Shown: one piece after another, positions 27,454 to 37,681 of the stretch
How positions within the stretch are numbered: the stretch's first letter is position 1
Layout: each line of letters opens with the position of its first letter
Assembly: GCA_947626275.1 (NCBI GenBank)
Contig: CANQRL010000007.1
Span: forward strand, 2,983 to 66,982
Direction: 5' to 3'
From: an uncultured Bacilli bacterium
Lineage (GTDB): Bacteria > Bacillota_I > Bacilli_A > RF39 > UBA660
DNA length: 64,000 nt
Notes under the pieces: generated by a model
Database searches by the model: none
Told to the model about the DNA's origin: nothing
The model's input: the letters and a program-made list of their open reading frames with translations, nothing else
Position numbers and translations under genes: made by a program

Positions 27454-28149
27454 CTACTCTTCCGCTACCGTCAAGTTTTTGACTTTCCCTGTCCGAATCA
27501 ATCGTTTTACTTCTTCTTTATTGACAATGTTCTTTTCCAATAATAAATCCAAAGTTTCTTGATTCAATTGGTCAGGATTTTTCTCTCCTTGATAATCCTG
27601 TACAAGTTTCTCAAAATCTTCAAATGCCTCTAAGGTTCCTTGACAGAGTTGGGTCAATCCTGGAGTACTTCCTAAAATTTTTGGTGTAAGAGTAGATTCC
27701 TTCACAATCGATAATGAGAACATCGGTAAACTACAAAAATAAAGAAGAATAAAAACAAAAATAAAGTTTTGAATCAAACCGACAATTCCTCCTAATATCT
27801 TCGAAGGAATTCCTAAGACGATGGTCATCTTTAAAATCTTTTCAAATGTTTTCGTCGTCGATTTTAAAATTTTTAAAATGGAAGAGAATATGAGGAAAAG
27901 TAGTAAGAACGCTAAAACTTCATACAATAAGAAATTTAAAGATGTGATTCCTTCAAACTCTCCTGAAAATTGAAAAACCGGAAAATAATGGTAGAAAAGT
28001 GGCGATACGAATCCCTTCAATAGGAAAGCTAAAACGATAACCGCAATCGTTCCTACCGTATCGACTAATTGGCGAGTAAAGCCTTTTTTCATACCGATAA
28101 CAAATCCCATCGCTAGTAATAAAATAATGACAACATCAATAATATTCAT
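27454..28149 (-). CDS. cvpA: CvpA-family membrane protein
   Basis: 231 aa; 'MNIIDVVIILLLAMGFVIGMKKGFTRQLVDTVGTIAVIVLAFLL' typical CvpA N-terminus; four TM segments. Confidence 0.6.
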   Translation of the reverse strand: MNIIDVVIILLLAMGFVIGMKKGFTRQLVDTVGTIAVIVLAFLLKGFVSPLFYHYFPVFQFSGEFEGITSLNFLLYEVLAFLLLFLIFSSILKILKSTTKTFEKILKMTIVLGIPSKILGGIVGLIQNFIFVFILLYFCSLPMFSLSIVKESTLTPKILGSTPGLTQLCQGTLEAFEDFEKLVQDYQGEKNPDQLNQETLDLLLEKNIVNKEEVKRLIRTGKVKNLTVAEE

Positions 28150-28262
28150 GAATTCCTCCTATTTTAGCTAATTTCATTATACCATTTTCCTTGAAAAAAG
28201 CAATGTGATGACAGTATCAATTTCCCCTGTTTTATGTTAAAATGAAAGAAGGAAGTGAGAAT

Positions 28263-29213
28263 ATGACGATTACTTTAAAAATCAGTGAAAATACCAAAAA
28301 GGAAATGGAAGAGTTCTTTGCAGACTATAAGCGGGAAAAGACCCCTCCTTACGCTGTTTTTCAAGCCGATGATGCTGACTGTGTCGTAACGGTTTATGAA
28401 TCCGGGAAAGCCGTTTTTCAAGGAATGAGTGCGGATATCTCGGCTCAGCTATGGATAGAACGGGAAAGACATCTCAATCCAACCAAAAAGGTGGATGTCA
28501 AAAATAGTGAAACCGATAAAAAAGAAAAAAAGGAAACATTCGTCGATCCCAAAATCTATCACTCTTCTAGCATTGGCTCTGATGAAGTAGGTACTGGGGA
28601 CTATTTTGGACCGATTGTTGTAACTAGTGCCTATGTTGAAAAAAGTCTCATTCCATGGTTAGAGGAATTAGGCGTTAAAGATTCCAAAAAACTAACCGAT
28701 GATAAAATCGTCGAAATCGTCCCTCAAATTATCAAAAAAGTTCCTTATAAAAGTACTATTCTAACCAATAAAGAATATAATGAAAGATATTCTGAAGAGA
28801 TGAATATGAACCGCTTAAAAGCGATTCTTCACAATAAAGTATTAGTAGAACTTACATCAGAGATTCCTCATTATGATTATGTCATTGTCGATGAGTTTGC
28901 CAAACCTTATGTCTATTTCCACTATTTAAAAGAAAGTAACCGTGTTTTTCGTAATATTACCTTTCTAACAAAGGGAGAAGATAAATCGTTAGCAGTTGCG
29001 TGTGCTTCCATCATCAGTCGGTATATTTTTATTCGTGAGTTTGAAAAATTATCCACTTCACTAGATATGTTTCTTCCCAAAGGAGCCTCTACTCTAGTAG
29101 ATGAAGCGGGAATCAAAATTATTCAAAAATATGGAGTAGATAAACTAAAAGAAATTGCGAAATATAACTTTAAGAATACGGAGAAAATTTTAAGTCAAAA
29201 AGAAAAGAAGTAA
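28263..29213 (+). CDS. rnhC: Ribonuclease HIII
   Basis: N-terminal TBP-like domain then RNase H catalytic 'IGSDEVGTGDYFGPIVV' (DEVG box); length ~316 aa fits RNase HIII; RBS AGGAAGTGAG. Confidence 0.75.
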   Translation: MTITLKISENTKKEMEEFFADYKREKTPPYAVFQADDADCVVTVYESGKAVFQGMSADISAQLWIERERHLNPTKKVDVKNSETDKKEKKETFVDPKIYHSSSIGSDEVGTGDYFGPIVVTSAYVEKSLIPWLEELGVKDSKKLTDDKIVEIVPQIIKKVPYKSTILTNKEYNERYSEEMNMNRLKAILHNKVLVELTSEIPHYDYVIVDEFAKPYVYFHYLKESNRVFRNITFLTKGEDKSLAVACASIISRYIFIREFEKLSTSLDMFLPKGASTLVDEAGIKIIQKYGVDKLKEIAKYNFKNTEKILSQKEKK

Positions 29214-29226
29214 AAAACTTCTTTTT

Positions 29227-30543
29227 TTATTCCGTTACGATAAAAGAGGTAGCAATCGGTCTTGTTCGATGAGCAAGAGTAGAATCGATTGGGTCATTGA
29301 TTAACTTTCCGTTTTCGACTATAACACTAGATGTTCCCCCATCGAGATTCGTCGCATTGATTGCTCCATAGTTTTTCATGATATTCGTCATATCTACCAT
29401 ACTAGCCCCTTTACTTCGAGAAGCATTACTATCGACAACAAGGAATAAGACAATACCATCTTCCCTTTGTCCAATCGCTGTTCTTGCAGCATATCCCCAT
29501 CCACCATTTCCTTTGGTGAAGGCAGCTTTTCCATTGACAATTAAGAATGGTCCCCAAGAAACCGCATCACGAATTCCCATTTCAAGAGCTTCCGAAGCAC
29601 TTACATTTTTTAACAATAATAGTTTATTTTCTTTGTTGAAGCCAATTAGTCCTCCAGACTTTGGTCTTCCATATTGATTGTTAGTAACGATTTTTCCATC
29701 CACAATCGTAATTCCGGTTGGTCTTCCGCCTGTACTACTATGTCCTGGATCTTGAAAACCAGCTCCGTTAATAGCAACAACGGCTTTTTCCCTTTGCGCC
29801 ATCTCGGTTACATATTGACCATACTTGCCGACATACTTCGTCGTTGTCACTCCTACTTTAGAAGGATCGTAAATAACCGCTAAATAAGCATTACAATTAT
29901 TTACTTTAAAACGAATAATTTTATAAAGAGTTCCTGGGTCTCTTTTTAAAACCGCTTCTTCATATTCATTGACATAGACTCCATCAGGAGAGACAGGTGG
30001 CATTTCTGTAAGCGGTGACGTATTGGTAGAACCATCGGGTTCTGCGATATAGTTTCGACTGAATACCTCTTCAATCTCTTCATCACTATAAAACCATTCA
30101 CAGTAATAGTGATGATTCATCGTAGCCATCGCTGTTGTAACTAACCAATCCCGAAAATCAGTATTAGGTCCATAAAAAAGAACAAGACAAAAAACTTCAC
30201 AAACGAGATAACAAATCATCACAATGGTATATCCAACGCGAATAAGAGGTTTAAAAGGGTCTATTTTCTCCTTTCTTCGTTTAATAAAAAAATAACCACC
30301 CACTAAAAAAAGTCCAACAAATAAGCCAAGTAAAACCTGTAAAATTGTTTCCATCGTCGAATTGATCAAGCGGTCAGAATGACTCGCAATAATGAGAGAA
30401 GCTATTAAAGCAGGAATAAAAAAGAAACTGATCATCATCAAAATTTTTCCATATTTTTTTTCTTTTTGCTTTCTTCCTAACTTTTTCGTTTCCTTCTTCT
30501 CGGTAGATTCCTTTTCTACCAATTCTTTTTCTTTATCTTTCAC
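29227..30543 (-). CDS. Membrane-anchored phosphodiester glycosidase family protein (DUF2233/NAGPA-like)
   Basis: N-terminal TM segments then 'AINGAGF…GRPTGITIVDGKIV…WGPFLIVNGK…TAIGQREDGIVLFLVVDSN…NLDGGTSSV' pattern of the DUF2233 family. Confidence 0.55.
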   Translation of the reverse strand: MKDKEKELVEKESTEKKETKKLGRKQKEKKYGKILMMISFFFIPALIASLIIASHSDRLINSTMETILQVLLGLFVGLFLVGGYFFIKRRKEKIDPFKPLIRVGYTIVMICYLVCEVFCLVLFYGPNTDFRDWLVTTAMATMNHHYYCEWFYSDEEIEEVFSRNYIAEPDGSTNTSPLTEMPPVSPDGVYVNEYEEAVLKRDPGTLYKIIRFKVNNCNAYLAVIYDPSKVGVTTTKYVGKYGQYVTEMAQREKAVVAINGAGFQDPGHSSTGGRPTGITIVDGKIVTNNQYGRPKSGGLIGFNKENKLLLLKNVSASEALEMGIRDAVSWGPFLIVNGKAAFTKGNGGWGYAARTAIGQREDGIVLFLVVDSNASRSKGASMVDMTNIMKNYGAINATNLDGGTSSVIVENGKLINDPIDSTLAHRTRPIATSFIVTE

Positions 30544-30614
30544 ATAATCACTTCCTACTACACTACTTATGAGTATACCAAAAAATTCATCATTTGAAAA
30601 GAAAAAAGAACAAA

Positions 30615-31934
30615 TTACTTTTGTTCTTTTTGACTGACTAAATCCATGTATTCTTCTTGTAGCAAATAGATTTCTTTACTACTCATGAAAAGTAAAACGG
30701 CATTGTCATAAGGAAGCAGTTTTTCTGCCATTCCATGTTCAATATACTCCGCACCTTCTACTTTATCAATAATTGTATAAGCATTGATATTTGGATAATC
30801 TTCTGGATTCTCACGGTCGTAGTTGATATCCATGACAAATACTTTATCCGCTAAGGAAAGAGCGCTCGCAAATTCATCTGCGAATTCCTCTACCCTAGAA
30901 AAAGTATGAGCTTTAAAAATGGCAACAATCGTCTTATCTGGATATTTTTGACGAGCCGCTTTAATCGTTACTTTCACCTCAGTTGGATGATGAGCATAAT
31001 CATCGATGAGAACATTATTTCCAATAAAGGTTTCTTTAAATCTGCGATCAGCTCCATGGAACGTCCTTAGACTTTTCGCTACTTCTTTCGCTTCTAGTCT
31101 TTCATAATGACATACGCCAATCACCGCCAAAGAATTTAATAACATATGCTTTCCAAAAAGAGGTAAATCAAAATGTCCATAGTACTCCTCTTCAATGAAA
31201 ACATCAAAGCTTGTTCCATCATTGCGATATTCAATATTTCGAGCTTGAATATCGTTATCTTCCCCTATTCCATAGAAATAAACTGGTTTACTAAACTCTA
31301 AAGAATGAGTATAAGGATCATCTCCACAGATAATCACCATTTTCGATGCTTTATTAGCAAATTCTTGATAAGCTAATATCATATCATCAATACTCTTATA
31401 GTAATCGGTATGGTCCAACTCAATATTGGTAATGATGACATATTCTGGTTCATATTCTAAGAAATGTCTACGATATTCACAAGACTCTAAAATAAATCTT
31501 TTAGACTCTTTATTTGCATATCCATTTCCATCCCCAATAATGTAATTACATCCACCTAGGTCTTGCATAATATGCGCAAGCATCGAAGTTGTCGTCGTCT
31601 TGCCATGACATCCAGCCACACAAATCGTATTAAATTTTTTAGAAAGTCTTCCTAACATTTCATGATATTCATAGTTTCTTAGATTCATGGCAAAAACCTT
31701 TTGCATCTCAGGGTGTTCATCACGAATCGCTGGAGACCTTACAACAATGGTATCTTCATCTAAAACATCATTTGGCTCACTATAAATAGGAATGCCACGT
31801 TCTCTTAATCGGTCTTCTGTAAAACGGTGTTCAGAAGCATCATCATACCCAATTACTTCATAGCCTAAATCAGAAAGTAAAAGCGCTAAAGCACTCATTC
31901 CTGCCCCTTTTATTCCTATCAAATAATATTTCAT
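30615..31934 (-). CDS. murC: UDP-N-acetylmuramate--L-alanine ligase
   Basis: 'MKYYLIGIKGAGMSALALLLSDLGYEVIGYDD' MurC N-terminus; 'VAGCHGKTTTTSMLAHI' Mur ligase ATP-binding motif; 439 aa. Confidence 0.8.
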   Translation of the reverse strand: MKYYLIGIKGAGMSALALLLSDLGYEVIGYDDASEHRFTEDRLRERGIPIYSEPNDVLDEDTIVVRSPAIRDEHPEMQKVFAMNLRNYEYHEMLGRLSKKFNTICVAGCHGKTTTTSMLAHIMQDLGGCNYIIGDGNGYANKESKRFILESCEYRRHFLEYEPEYVIITNIELDHTDYYKSIDDMILAYQEFANKASKMVIICGDDPYTHSLEFSKPVYFYGIGEDNDIQARNIEYRNDGTSFDVFIEEEYYGHFDLPLFGKHMLLNSLAVIGVCHYERLEAKEVAKSLRTFHGADRRFKETFIGNNVLIDDYAHHPTEVKVTIKAARQKYPDKTIVAIFKAHTFSRVEEFADEFASALSLADKVFVMDINYDRENPEDYPNINAYTIIDKVEGAEYIEHGMAEKLLPYDNAVLLFMSSKEIYLLQEEYMDLVSQKEQK

Positions 31935-31944
31935 ATGAACTCTC

Positions 31945-32628
31945 CTAACTTAAATATTGAATAAGTAGTGGTCCTAAAATGAGAAGTAACATTAGAGGAA
32001 CCATAAACAATACTGAAATAATACTGATCTTGTTTGGAATTTGATTCATCTTCTCACGAATTCTCAAAGTTTGTTTCTCTCTTAAGAATTCTACTTGAGA
32101 ATACATGTTTTCCAAGATACTACTACCAAACGTACTCGCTTCGGTAATACTCAAAATAATATTGTTAATCGTCTCAGAAGGAATTCTTTCCTTCATGGCT
32201 TTCAAAGCCTCGGTCAATCCCTTACCATACTGAACTTCTTTTAACGTTTTTGCAAACTCACGACTGAGTTCGGAATCTACATTCGCAACCGTAATGGATA
32301 GAGATTTTTCTAGATTCCTTCCCGATTCTAACGAAAGCGTTAATACTTCAAAGAAAGTAAGTGCCTCTCGTTCTAATCGTTCACATCGTTTGCGAATAGG
32401 ATACAAGACCACTATATAGTATAGCAAATAATAGTACCCTATCGCAAGAAAAGGAATCACAAAATAAGTAATATCGGTAAGATAATATAATCCTATCATC
32501 AAAAGAATGGTCGTTAATAACCGAACAGATAGAAACCGGCTAGCATGGAATTTACGAGAATCCCCTAGATAAGAAAGCTGGTGCTCTAGCTTTTCAACAC
32601 TAGAAAGTTTTTTTCTTTTCTTATTCAT
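31945..32628 (-). CDS. tadC: Tad pilus assembly inner-membrane protein TadC-like (GspF domain)
   Basis: 227 aa with one GspF-like domain and flanking TM segments; position directly downstream of the tadB-like gene. Confidence 0.5.
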   Translation of the reverse strand: MNKKRKKLSSVEKLEHQLSYLGDSRKFHASRFLSVRLLTTILLMIGLYYLTDITYFVIPFLAIGYYYLLYYIVVLYPIRKRCERLEREALTFFEVLTLSLESGRNLEKSLSITVANVDSELSREFAKTLKEVQYGKGLTEALKAMKERIPSETINNIILSITEASTFGSSILENMYSQVEFLREKQTLRIREKMNQIPNKISIISVLFMVPLMLLLILGPLLIQYLS

Positions 32629-32632
32629 GCTA

Positions 32633-34162
32633 TCACATCCTTACCTTCATAACTTGTCTTATAATATAAATATATACGAAATAGATTAAAATAATCACTA
32701 ACAACATCAAAAGTCCGATTGGGCTAGAAACAAGTGGTAAAAAGTAATCTGGACTAACGAAACTAATTCCTGCTACAAAGAGTGCTGGAAGTAACATTAG
32801 GACATAACTTACCAATTTCGCACTACTCGTTAATGCTTTTAGTTCTAACCGTAATTTCTTTTTATTCATCAAAGTCTTTTCAATCGAAGCAAACACTTTT
32901 ACAATATTTCCACCCGTTTGATTCAAAATGGATAAAGAAGATGTCAAATAGTTTACCTCATCGATTCCAACCCGTGATGCAAACCTTCCAAAGACTTCTT
33001 CAACCGATAGTCCAACAGACAACTCTCGATGCATCTTCAAAAACTCGATATGAATATCCCCTTCTAGTTCTTCCGCAACTAATTCAACTGCCTGAGGAAT
33101 ACTATGCCCAGAACGGAACGCATTATTCATAACAATGATAGCTTGTAATAGATCATTCTCAATATGATTCCGATAAAAATGGTAGCGCACCCAATAGATA
33201 ACATCAACTAACACATAACCTAGTAAAAGTGCTAATAACATTTCTAAGAAAGATAACACTTCTAGTTTTAAAGTTGCCGAAACAAGTGCAAACACTAGGA
33301 ATAGCATACTCATTAAAATCTTCTTGGCAACAATATCAACGGTTGAACTTTCTCTAAAAGCAATTTGATACTTTTCATAGCGACTGCTATAGTATTCCAT
33401 CCAAGTATACTTTTGTAACCGTTTCGATAACGTTTGAACCATTCCATTTTTCATCGCTACGATTCGATCAAAGAAATTATTAGTTCGACCATCTGGTTCC
33501 AAAGTATATTTTCCAAGACGTCTTTCCAACATCATCGTTCGATAATAACGAGCGATGAGGAAAAGAATAACACAAATCGTGCCAATGATGACACATTCTG
33601 TTAAAAAGACTTCTGCTCGGTGACTTTCTACAACTTCAAAAGTAACGGTTTGAGTAGCCGTATTACCAGCAGAATCGGTAACACTATACGTTACCTCTTT
33701 CTTTCCTAACGAATCGAAATCAATCGTATCAGCATTCGTCGTTATTTTCGTCGTAAGATTTCCATCTTGACGGTCAGTAGCGCGAACTCCTTCTAAAACA
33801 TTTAATGTAGAACCTGCTTCAATTTTAAAAGAATCTTTTGAAATTTCAATTTTAGGAGCTTCTTTATCGATATTATAGATTCCCGTTTCAAAAGTAGTCG
33901 TGGTTTCATCCGTATTGTAATTGACAAACTCAATTCGATACTGTCCTGTTTCATTTAAAACGATTCGTTGAGCGGTCGCATCCTCTACGTAAACAGTCTC
34001 TGACTGTTCACCATTTTTAATAACGGTATAAGAATAGTTTACAACCCCTTCTCCAGGTAAATAGTCAACAACAATATCGTCACGAGTAAACTCTTCATGA
34101 GAGGCTACGCTGATGTAATAACCCTCGTTTTCTAATAACATATTTACCCTCCTATTCTCCAA
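32633..34162 (-). CDS. tadB: TadB-like platform protein fused to an N-terminal DUF5011/Ig-like domain
   Basis: 509 aa; residues ~100-185 'KEAPKIEISKDSFKIEAGSTLNVLEGVRATDRQDGNLTTKI…KEVTYSVTDSAGNTATQTVTFEV' match the DUF5011 Ig-like pattern; then TM + GspF-like domain + TM; no N-terminal signal peptide. Confidence 0.55.
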   Translation of the reverse strand: MENRRVNMLLENEGYYISVASHEEFTRDDIVVDYLPGEGVVNYSYTVIKNGEQSETVYVEDATAQRIVLNETGQYRIEFVNYNTDETTTTFETGIYNIDKEAPKIEISKDSFKIEAGSTLNVLEGVRATDRQDGNLTTKITTNADTIDFDSLGKKEVTYSVTDSAGNTATQTVTFEVVESHRAEVFLTECVIIGTICVILFLIARYYRTMMLERRLGKYTLEPDGRTNNFFDRIVAMKNGMVQTLSKRLQKYTWMEYYSSRYEKYQIAFRESSTVDIVAKKILMSMLFLVFALVSATLKLEVLSFLEMLLALLLGYVLVDVIYWVRYHFYRNHIENDLLQAIIVMNNAFRSGHSIPQAVELVAEELEGDIHIEFLKMHRELSVGLSVEEVFGRFASRVGIDEVNYLTSSLSILNQTGGNIVKVFASIEKTLMNKKKLRLELKALTSSAKLVSYVLMLLPALFVAGISFVSPDYFLPLVSSPIGLLMLLVIILIYFVYIYIIRQVMKVRM

Positions 34163-35474
34163 AAATATCTTCTAAATCCGAAATTCCCATCGCTTTCATT
34201 TTCGCATAAACTTTAGGAACGTAAGACTCTAAGACAAACTCTCCTTTTACCTCAAGATTTTCTGTTAATCCCTGTTTATGGAAAGCAAAGATTTGTTTCA
34301 AGTTGAGAACACCCTCATCCATTCCATCTACTTCACAAATACTAGTAACTCTTCTTCGACCATCGGTTAATCTCTCAATTTGAACGACGATATCAATCGC
34401 TTCTTCAATATATTCTCGAATGGCTCTAACTGGAATCTCCATTCCAGCCATTAAAACCATGGTCTCTAAACGGTTTAAAGCATCATGTGGACTATTCGCA
34501 TGCATCGTTGTTAGAGAACCTTCATGACCAGTATTCATCGCTTGTAACATATCGAAGGCTTCTTTTCCACGAACCTCTCCTACTACGATACGATCTGGTC
34601 TCATACGAAGAGAATTGATAACAAGGTCACGTACGGTAACTTCGCCTTCTCCTTCGTAATTTGGATTTCTTGTTTCCAAAGAAATGACATGTTTTTGTCC
34701 TAGAGCTAACTCAGCGGCATCCTCAATCGTAACAATTCTTTCGTTTTCTCCAATGAAGGAAGATAGGATGTTTAAAAGAGTCGTCTTTCCAGCACCAGTT
34801 CCTCCAACGATTAAAATATTTAATTTCGCTTTTACACAAGCCTCTAAGAATCTTGCCATATAAGGAGTTAATGCTCCATTTCTTAAAAAGTCATCGATAT
34901 TGGCAAGTTCCTTTTTAAACTTACGAATCGTAAGAACTGGTCCCTTTAATGAAAGAGGTGGCAAAACAGCATTTAAACGAGATCCATCTGCCAATCTCGC
35001 ATCTACCATTGGACTCGTCGTATCAATCGTTCTTCCAAGAGGTTGAATCAATCTTTGAATCGTTCTTACAATATGTTCCTCATTGATAAAAGAAACACTA
35101 TCATCTTTTAAGATTTTACCATCTAGTTCAATATAGACTTCGTCTTTTCCGTTGACCATAATTTCCGTAATCTCTTTATCCTCTAACAATTCAGTAATTG
35201 GTCCATAGCCATTTACTTCATTATCGATAAGGTTGTAAAGATAACTTCTTTCAACGATACTCAAATCGTATCCTTCAACGGCTTCATCGACTTCTTCACG
35301 AATAGCGATAGAAGTCATATTGGATTCTTTTAAGTGTTTATCAATCAAACCTTGAATGATTTTATTGCGAAGCTCATCTAACAACTCTTTATTAGAGAAA
35401 GCCTCATAGTCTGTCATCGTGCTAGCATCATTATTTACGGTTACTGCAAACTCTTCTACAAACTTCTTCCCCAT
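34152..35474 (-). CDS. tadA: Tad pilus assembly ATPase TadA/CpaF (VirB11 family)
   Basis: Walker A '[14 protein letters not shown]', Asp box, Walker B '[12 protein letters not shown]', His box '[13 protein letters not shown]'; 440 aa. Confidence 0.85.
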   Translation of the reverse strand: MGKKFVEEFAVTVNNDASTMTDYEAFSNKELLDELRNKIIQGLIDKHLKESNMTSIAIREEVDEAVEGYDLSIVERSYLYNLIDNEVNGYGPITELLEDKEITEIMVNGKDEVYIELDGKILKDDSVSFINEEHIVRTIQRLIQPLGRTIDTTSPMVDARLADGSRLNAVLPPLSLKGPVLTIRKFKKELANIDDFLRNGALTPYMARFLEACVKAKLNILIVGGTGAGKTTLLNILSSFIGENERIVTIEDAAELALGQKHVISLETRNPNYEGEGEVTVRDLVINSLRMRPDRIVVGEVRGKEAFDMLQAMNTGHEGSLTTMHANSPHDALNRLETMVLMAGMEIPVRAIREYIEEAIDIVVQIERLTDGRRRVTSICEVDGMDEGVLNLKQIFAFHKQGLTENLEVKGEFVLESYVPKVYAKMKAMGISDLEDIFGE

Positions 35475-35475
35475 A

Positions 35476-36228
35476 TTAATCCTCCTTTAATAGCGAACGC
35501 GCTATTAATTGAAATACTTTTACTGCCCTACTAGAATGAGAACGAACTTTTTTATCTAATAAGAAAATCGTTCCATTCATGACATATTTATCATATTTTT
35601 TCTGATAGAAAGACTGTGGAACACGATAGTCAATTTCTCTTTTCATTACATTCTTCATATCAGTAATAGAATATGCGCCATTCGTTTTCTTCGTTGAATC
35701 ATTCAAAACGACTACCATTTTGTCAGACTCCATATCTTCAAAAATGGCTGACATCGTACGCATTCCCTTTAAATTCATACATTCGTTATTGATGACAAAA
35801 AGGATTTTATCACTATAGTCAAATGCTAATAGATTTAAAGAAGATAGTAAGTGATTGGTATCTACTAATACGACATCATACTTTAAGGAAACCTTAGAAA
35901 ATAGATAACTCAAGAACCCAGCTTCCATTCGATTCGCATAGCGAGGATCTTTTGGTGCTGGTAGGATATCAATTCCTTGCTTATATGGGTAAATATAGTC
36001 TTCTACTTTATCAAAAGTATGATTTCTAATATCTTCATAGCAGTGATAGATATCTTTTTCATATTCTAAATCGAGACGAGCAGCTATATCTCCTGCTGCG
36101 GTATCTAGATCAATCACTAATACCTTTTTCTTATTTAATGCATAAGTTGCTGCTAAATTTAATGCAAAAGTGGTTTTTCCCGTTCCCCCTTTTACCGAAG
36201 TAATTGTATAAATTTTTGCCTTTTTCAT
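35476..36228 (-). CDS. tadZ: TadZ/CpaE-like ParA/MinD-family ATPase
   Basis: 'ITSVKGGTGKTTFALNLAA' deviant Walker A; 250 aa; located between tadA and pseudopilin genes. Confidence 0.6.
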   Translation of the reverse strand: MKKAKIYTITSVKGGTGKTTFALNLAATYALNKKKVLVIDLDTAAGDIAARLDLEYEKDIYHCYEDIRNHTFDKVEDYIYPYKQGIDILPAPKDPRYANRMEAGFLSYLFSKVSLKYDVVLVDTNHLLSSLNLLAFDYSDKILFVINNECMNLKGMRTMSAIFEDMESDKMVVVLNDSTKKTNGAYSITDMKNVMKREIDYRVPQSFYQKKYDKYVMNGTIFLLDKKVRSHSSRAVKVFQLIARSLLKED

Positions 36229-36238
36229 AATCGAACCC

Positions 36239-36610
36239 CTATTCCTTTACAATTTGAACCTTTCCATTTATTTTTTCTCCTCCATAGGAGATTTTTAACA
36301 CTTGTTTATCAATAAATATGATAGAATACTCTTCTTCAACCTGCATATTGATTTTATCCTCTGCAATCTCAATCGTAATGTTTTCACTCGATATTTCTGG
36401 AAAACTTCTTTGAAACATCTCTACCATGCTATCTTTGATAGATTCCTTTTCGATATTTAAAAGTCCATATCGAAGGGTTTCTTCCACCGCACTTTCCATT
36501 TTCTTCTTTTCTAATTCTAGATTTCCTAATTGATAGACACCCATAAAAAGGATTAAGATAATCGGTAGTAAAAACAAGAATAAAACTAATGTCTGTCCCT
36601 TTTCATTCAT
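36239..36610 (-). CDS. TadE/TadF-like pseudopilin
   Basis: 123 aa; class III-like leader 'MNEKGQTLVLFLFLLPIILILFMG' (G followed by hydrophobic helix). Confidence 0.45.
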   Translation of the reverse strand: MNEKGQTLVLFLFLLPIILILFMGVYQLGNLELEKKKMESAVEETLRYGLLNIEKESIKDSMVEMFQRSFPEISSENITIEIAEDKINMQVEEEYSIIFIDKQVLKISYGGEKINGKVQIVKE

Positions 36611-36612
36611 AG

Positions 36613-36951
36613 CTATCCCTCATATACAGTCTTACTGGTATCTACCCGATAAGAGCTTCCCAATACTTGACTCAAGCCTGGTGTGAAAATCGAGATATCC
36701 GTCCTTAAATAGATTGTTTTGATAGCGTTATCCTGCGCAACATCCATCGTAAAATCATTTTCTTCTAAATATTGATTTAACTCTTCTTCCTTATTATCTA
36801 AGTATAAACCTACCACATAATCTAGCTCATTTTCCAACTTGTACCGATGATATAAAATGTTGCCAAAATCAAACATTGCCATCAGAATGATGAATATAAC
36901 TGGCATAATCAATAAAAACTCGATCAACGCTTGCCCACGATGATTCCTCAT
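36613..36951 (-). CDS. tadE: TadE-like pseudopilin
   Basis: 'MRNHRGQALIEFLLIMPVIFIILMAMFDFGN' matches the TadE N-terminal consensus (G/QxxxEF). Confidence 0.55.
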   Translation of the reverse strand: MRNHRGQALIEFLLIMPVIFIILMAMFDFGNILYHRYKLENELDYVVGLYLDNKEEELNQYLEENDFTMDVAQDNAIKTIYLRTDISIFTPGLSQVLGSSYRVDTSKTVYEG

Positions 36952-37057
36952 CTTATCACCCCTATATTATACACAAACCATTATACCAAAACTTGCCAAG
37001 AAAAGAAAGACTTCCGCAAAAAAAAATGATAATAAAAATTATCATTTTTCAACTTCT

Positions 37058-37249
37058 TTACTCTTCACATGCCCCATCGCCAGGATTTTCCCCAGCTACA
37101 TAAGTTCTCCCCGTCAATTCACAAGAAGACTTGGTCATCGTATCTTTTAAATAGCCACCTAACAATTTGATAATTCCAATTGCTACGACACTAATAACAG
37201 CAATAATTAATAAATATTCTACTAAAGCTTGCCCACGATTGTTTTTCAT
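37058..37249 (-). CDS. flp: Flp-family pilin
   Basis: 63 aa; 'MKNNRGQALVEYLLIIAVISVVAIGII' carries the Flp motif G/xxxxEY followed by a hydrophobic helix; C-terminal Cys pair. Confidence 0.7.
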   Translation of the reverse strand: MKNNRGQALVEYLLIIAVISVVAIGIIKLLGGYLKDTMTKSSCELTGRTYVAGENPGDGACEE

Positions 37250-37334
37250 ATCCTCGCCTCCGACTATATTATGAGTATATCTCGAAATCCTAGTTTTGTC
37301 AATGGATTTATGCTATAATGAATTTGGTGATACC

Positions 37335-37661
37335 ATGAAGATAAAAGGAAAATCAAGGATTTTCAACGTTGTTTTATGTGAACGTTTTTTCTTGCGCCTT
37401 AAAGGAAATATGGGACGAAAAAACATTCAAGATATTCTTCTTTTTCCCAAATGCAATTCGATTCATACCTTCTTCATGAGAGAAGCTATCGACGTTGTAA
37501 TGATATCTAAGGAAAATCAAGTTCTCTATGTTCGAAATCATCTTACCCCTTATCACATCATCCTACCCAAGAAAAACGTATATGCCACTTTAGAGTTTCC
37601 TAGGGAAGAAAACCCCTATCAGGTAGGAGATCTTATCCACTATCAAAAAGACGAGGAATAA
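37335..37661 (+). CDS. DUF192-like protein
   Basis: Start at 'MKIKGK' (an extended -10 TGcTATAAT lies inside the longer ORF-track extension); 'LKGNMGRKNIQDILLFPKCNSIHTFFMREAIDVVMI' resembles the DUF192 (COG1430) pattern GLMGR…GMLF…M…IPLD. Confidence 0.4.
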   Translation: MKIKGKSRIFNVVLCERFFLRLKGNMGRKNIQDILLFPKCNSIHTFFMREAIDVVMISKENQVLYVRNHLTPYHIILPKKNVYATLEFPREENPYQVGDLIHYQKDEE

Positions 37662-37681
37662 TCCTCGTTTTCATTTGTCCT

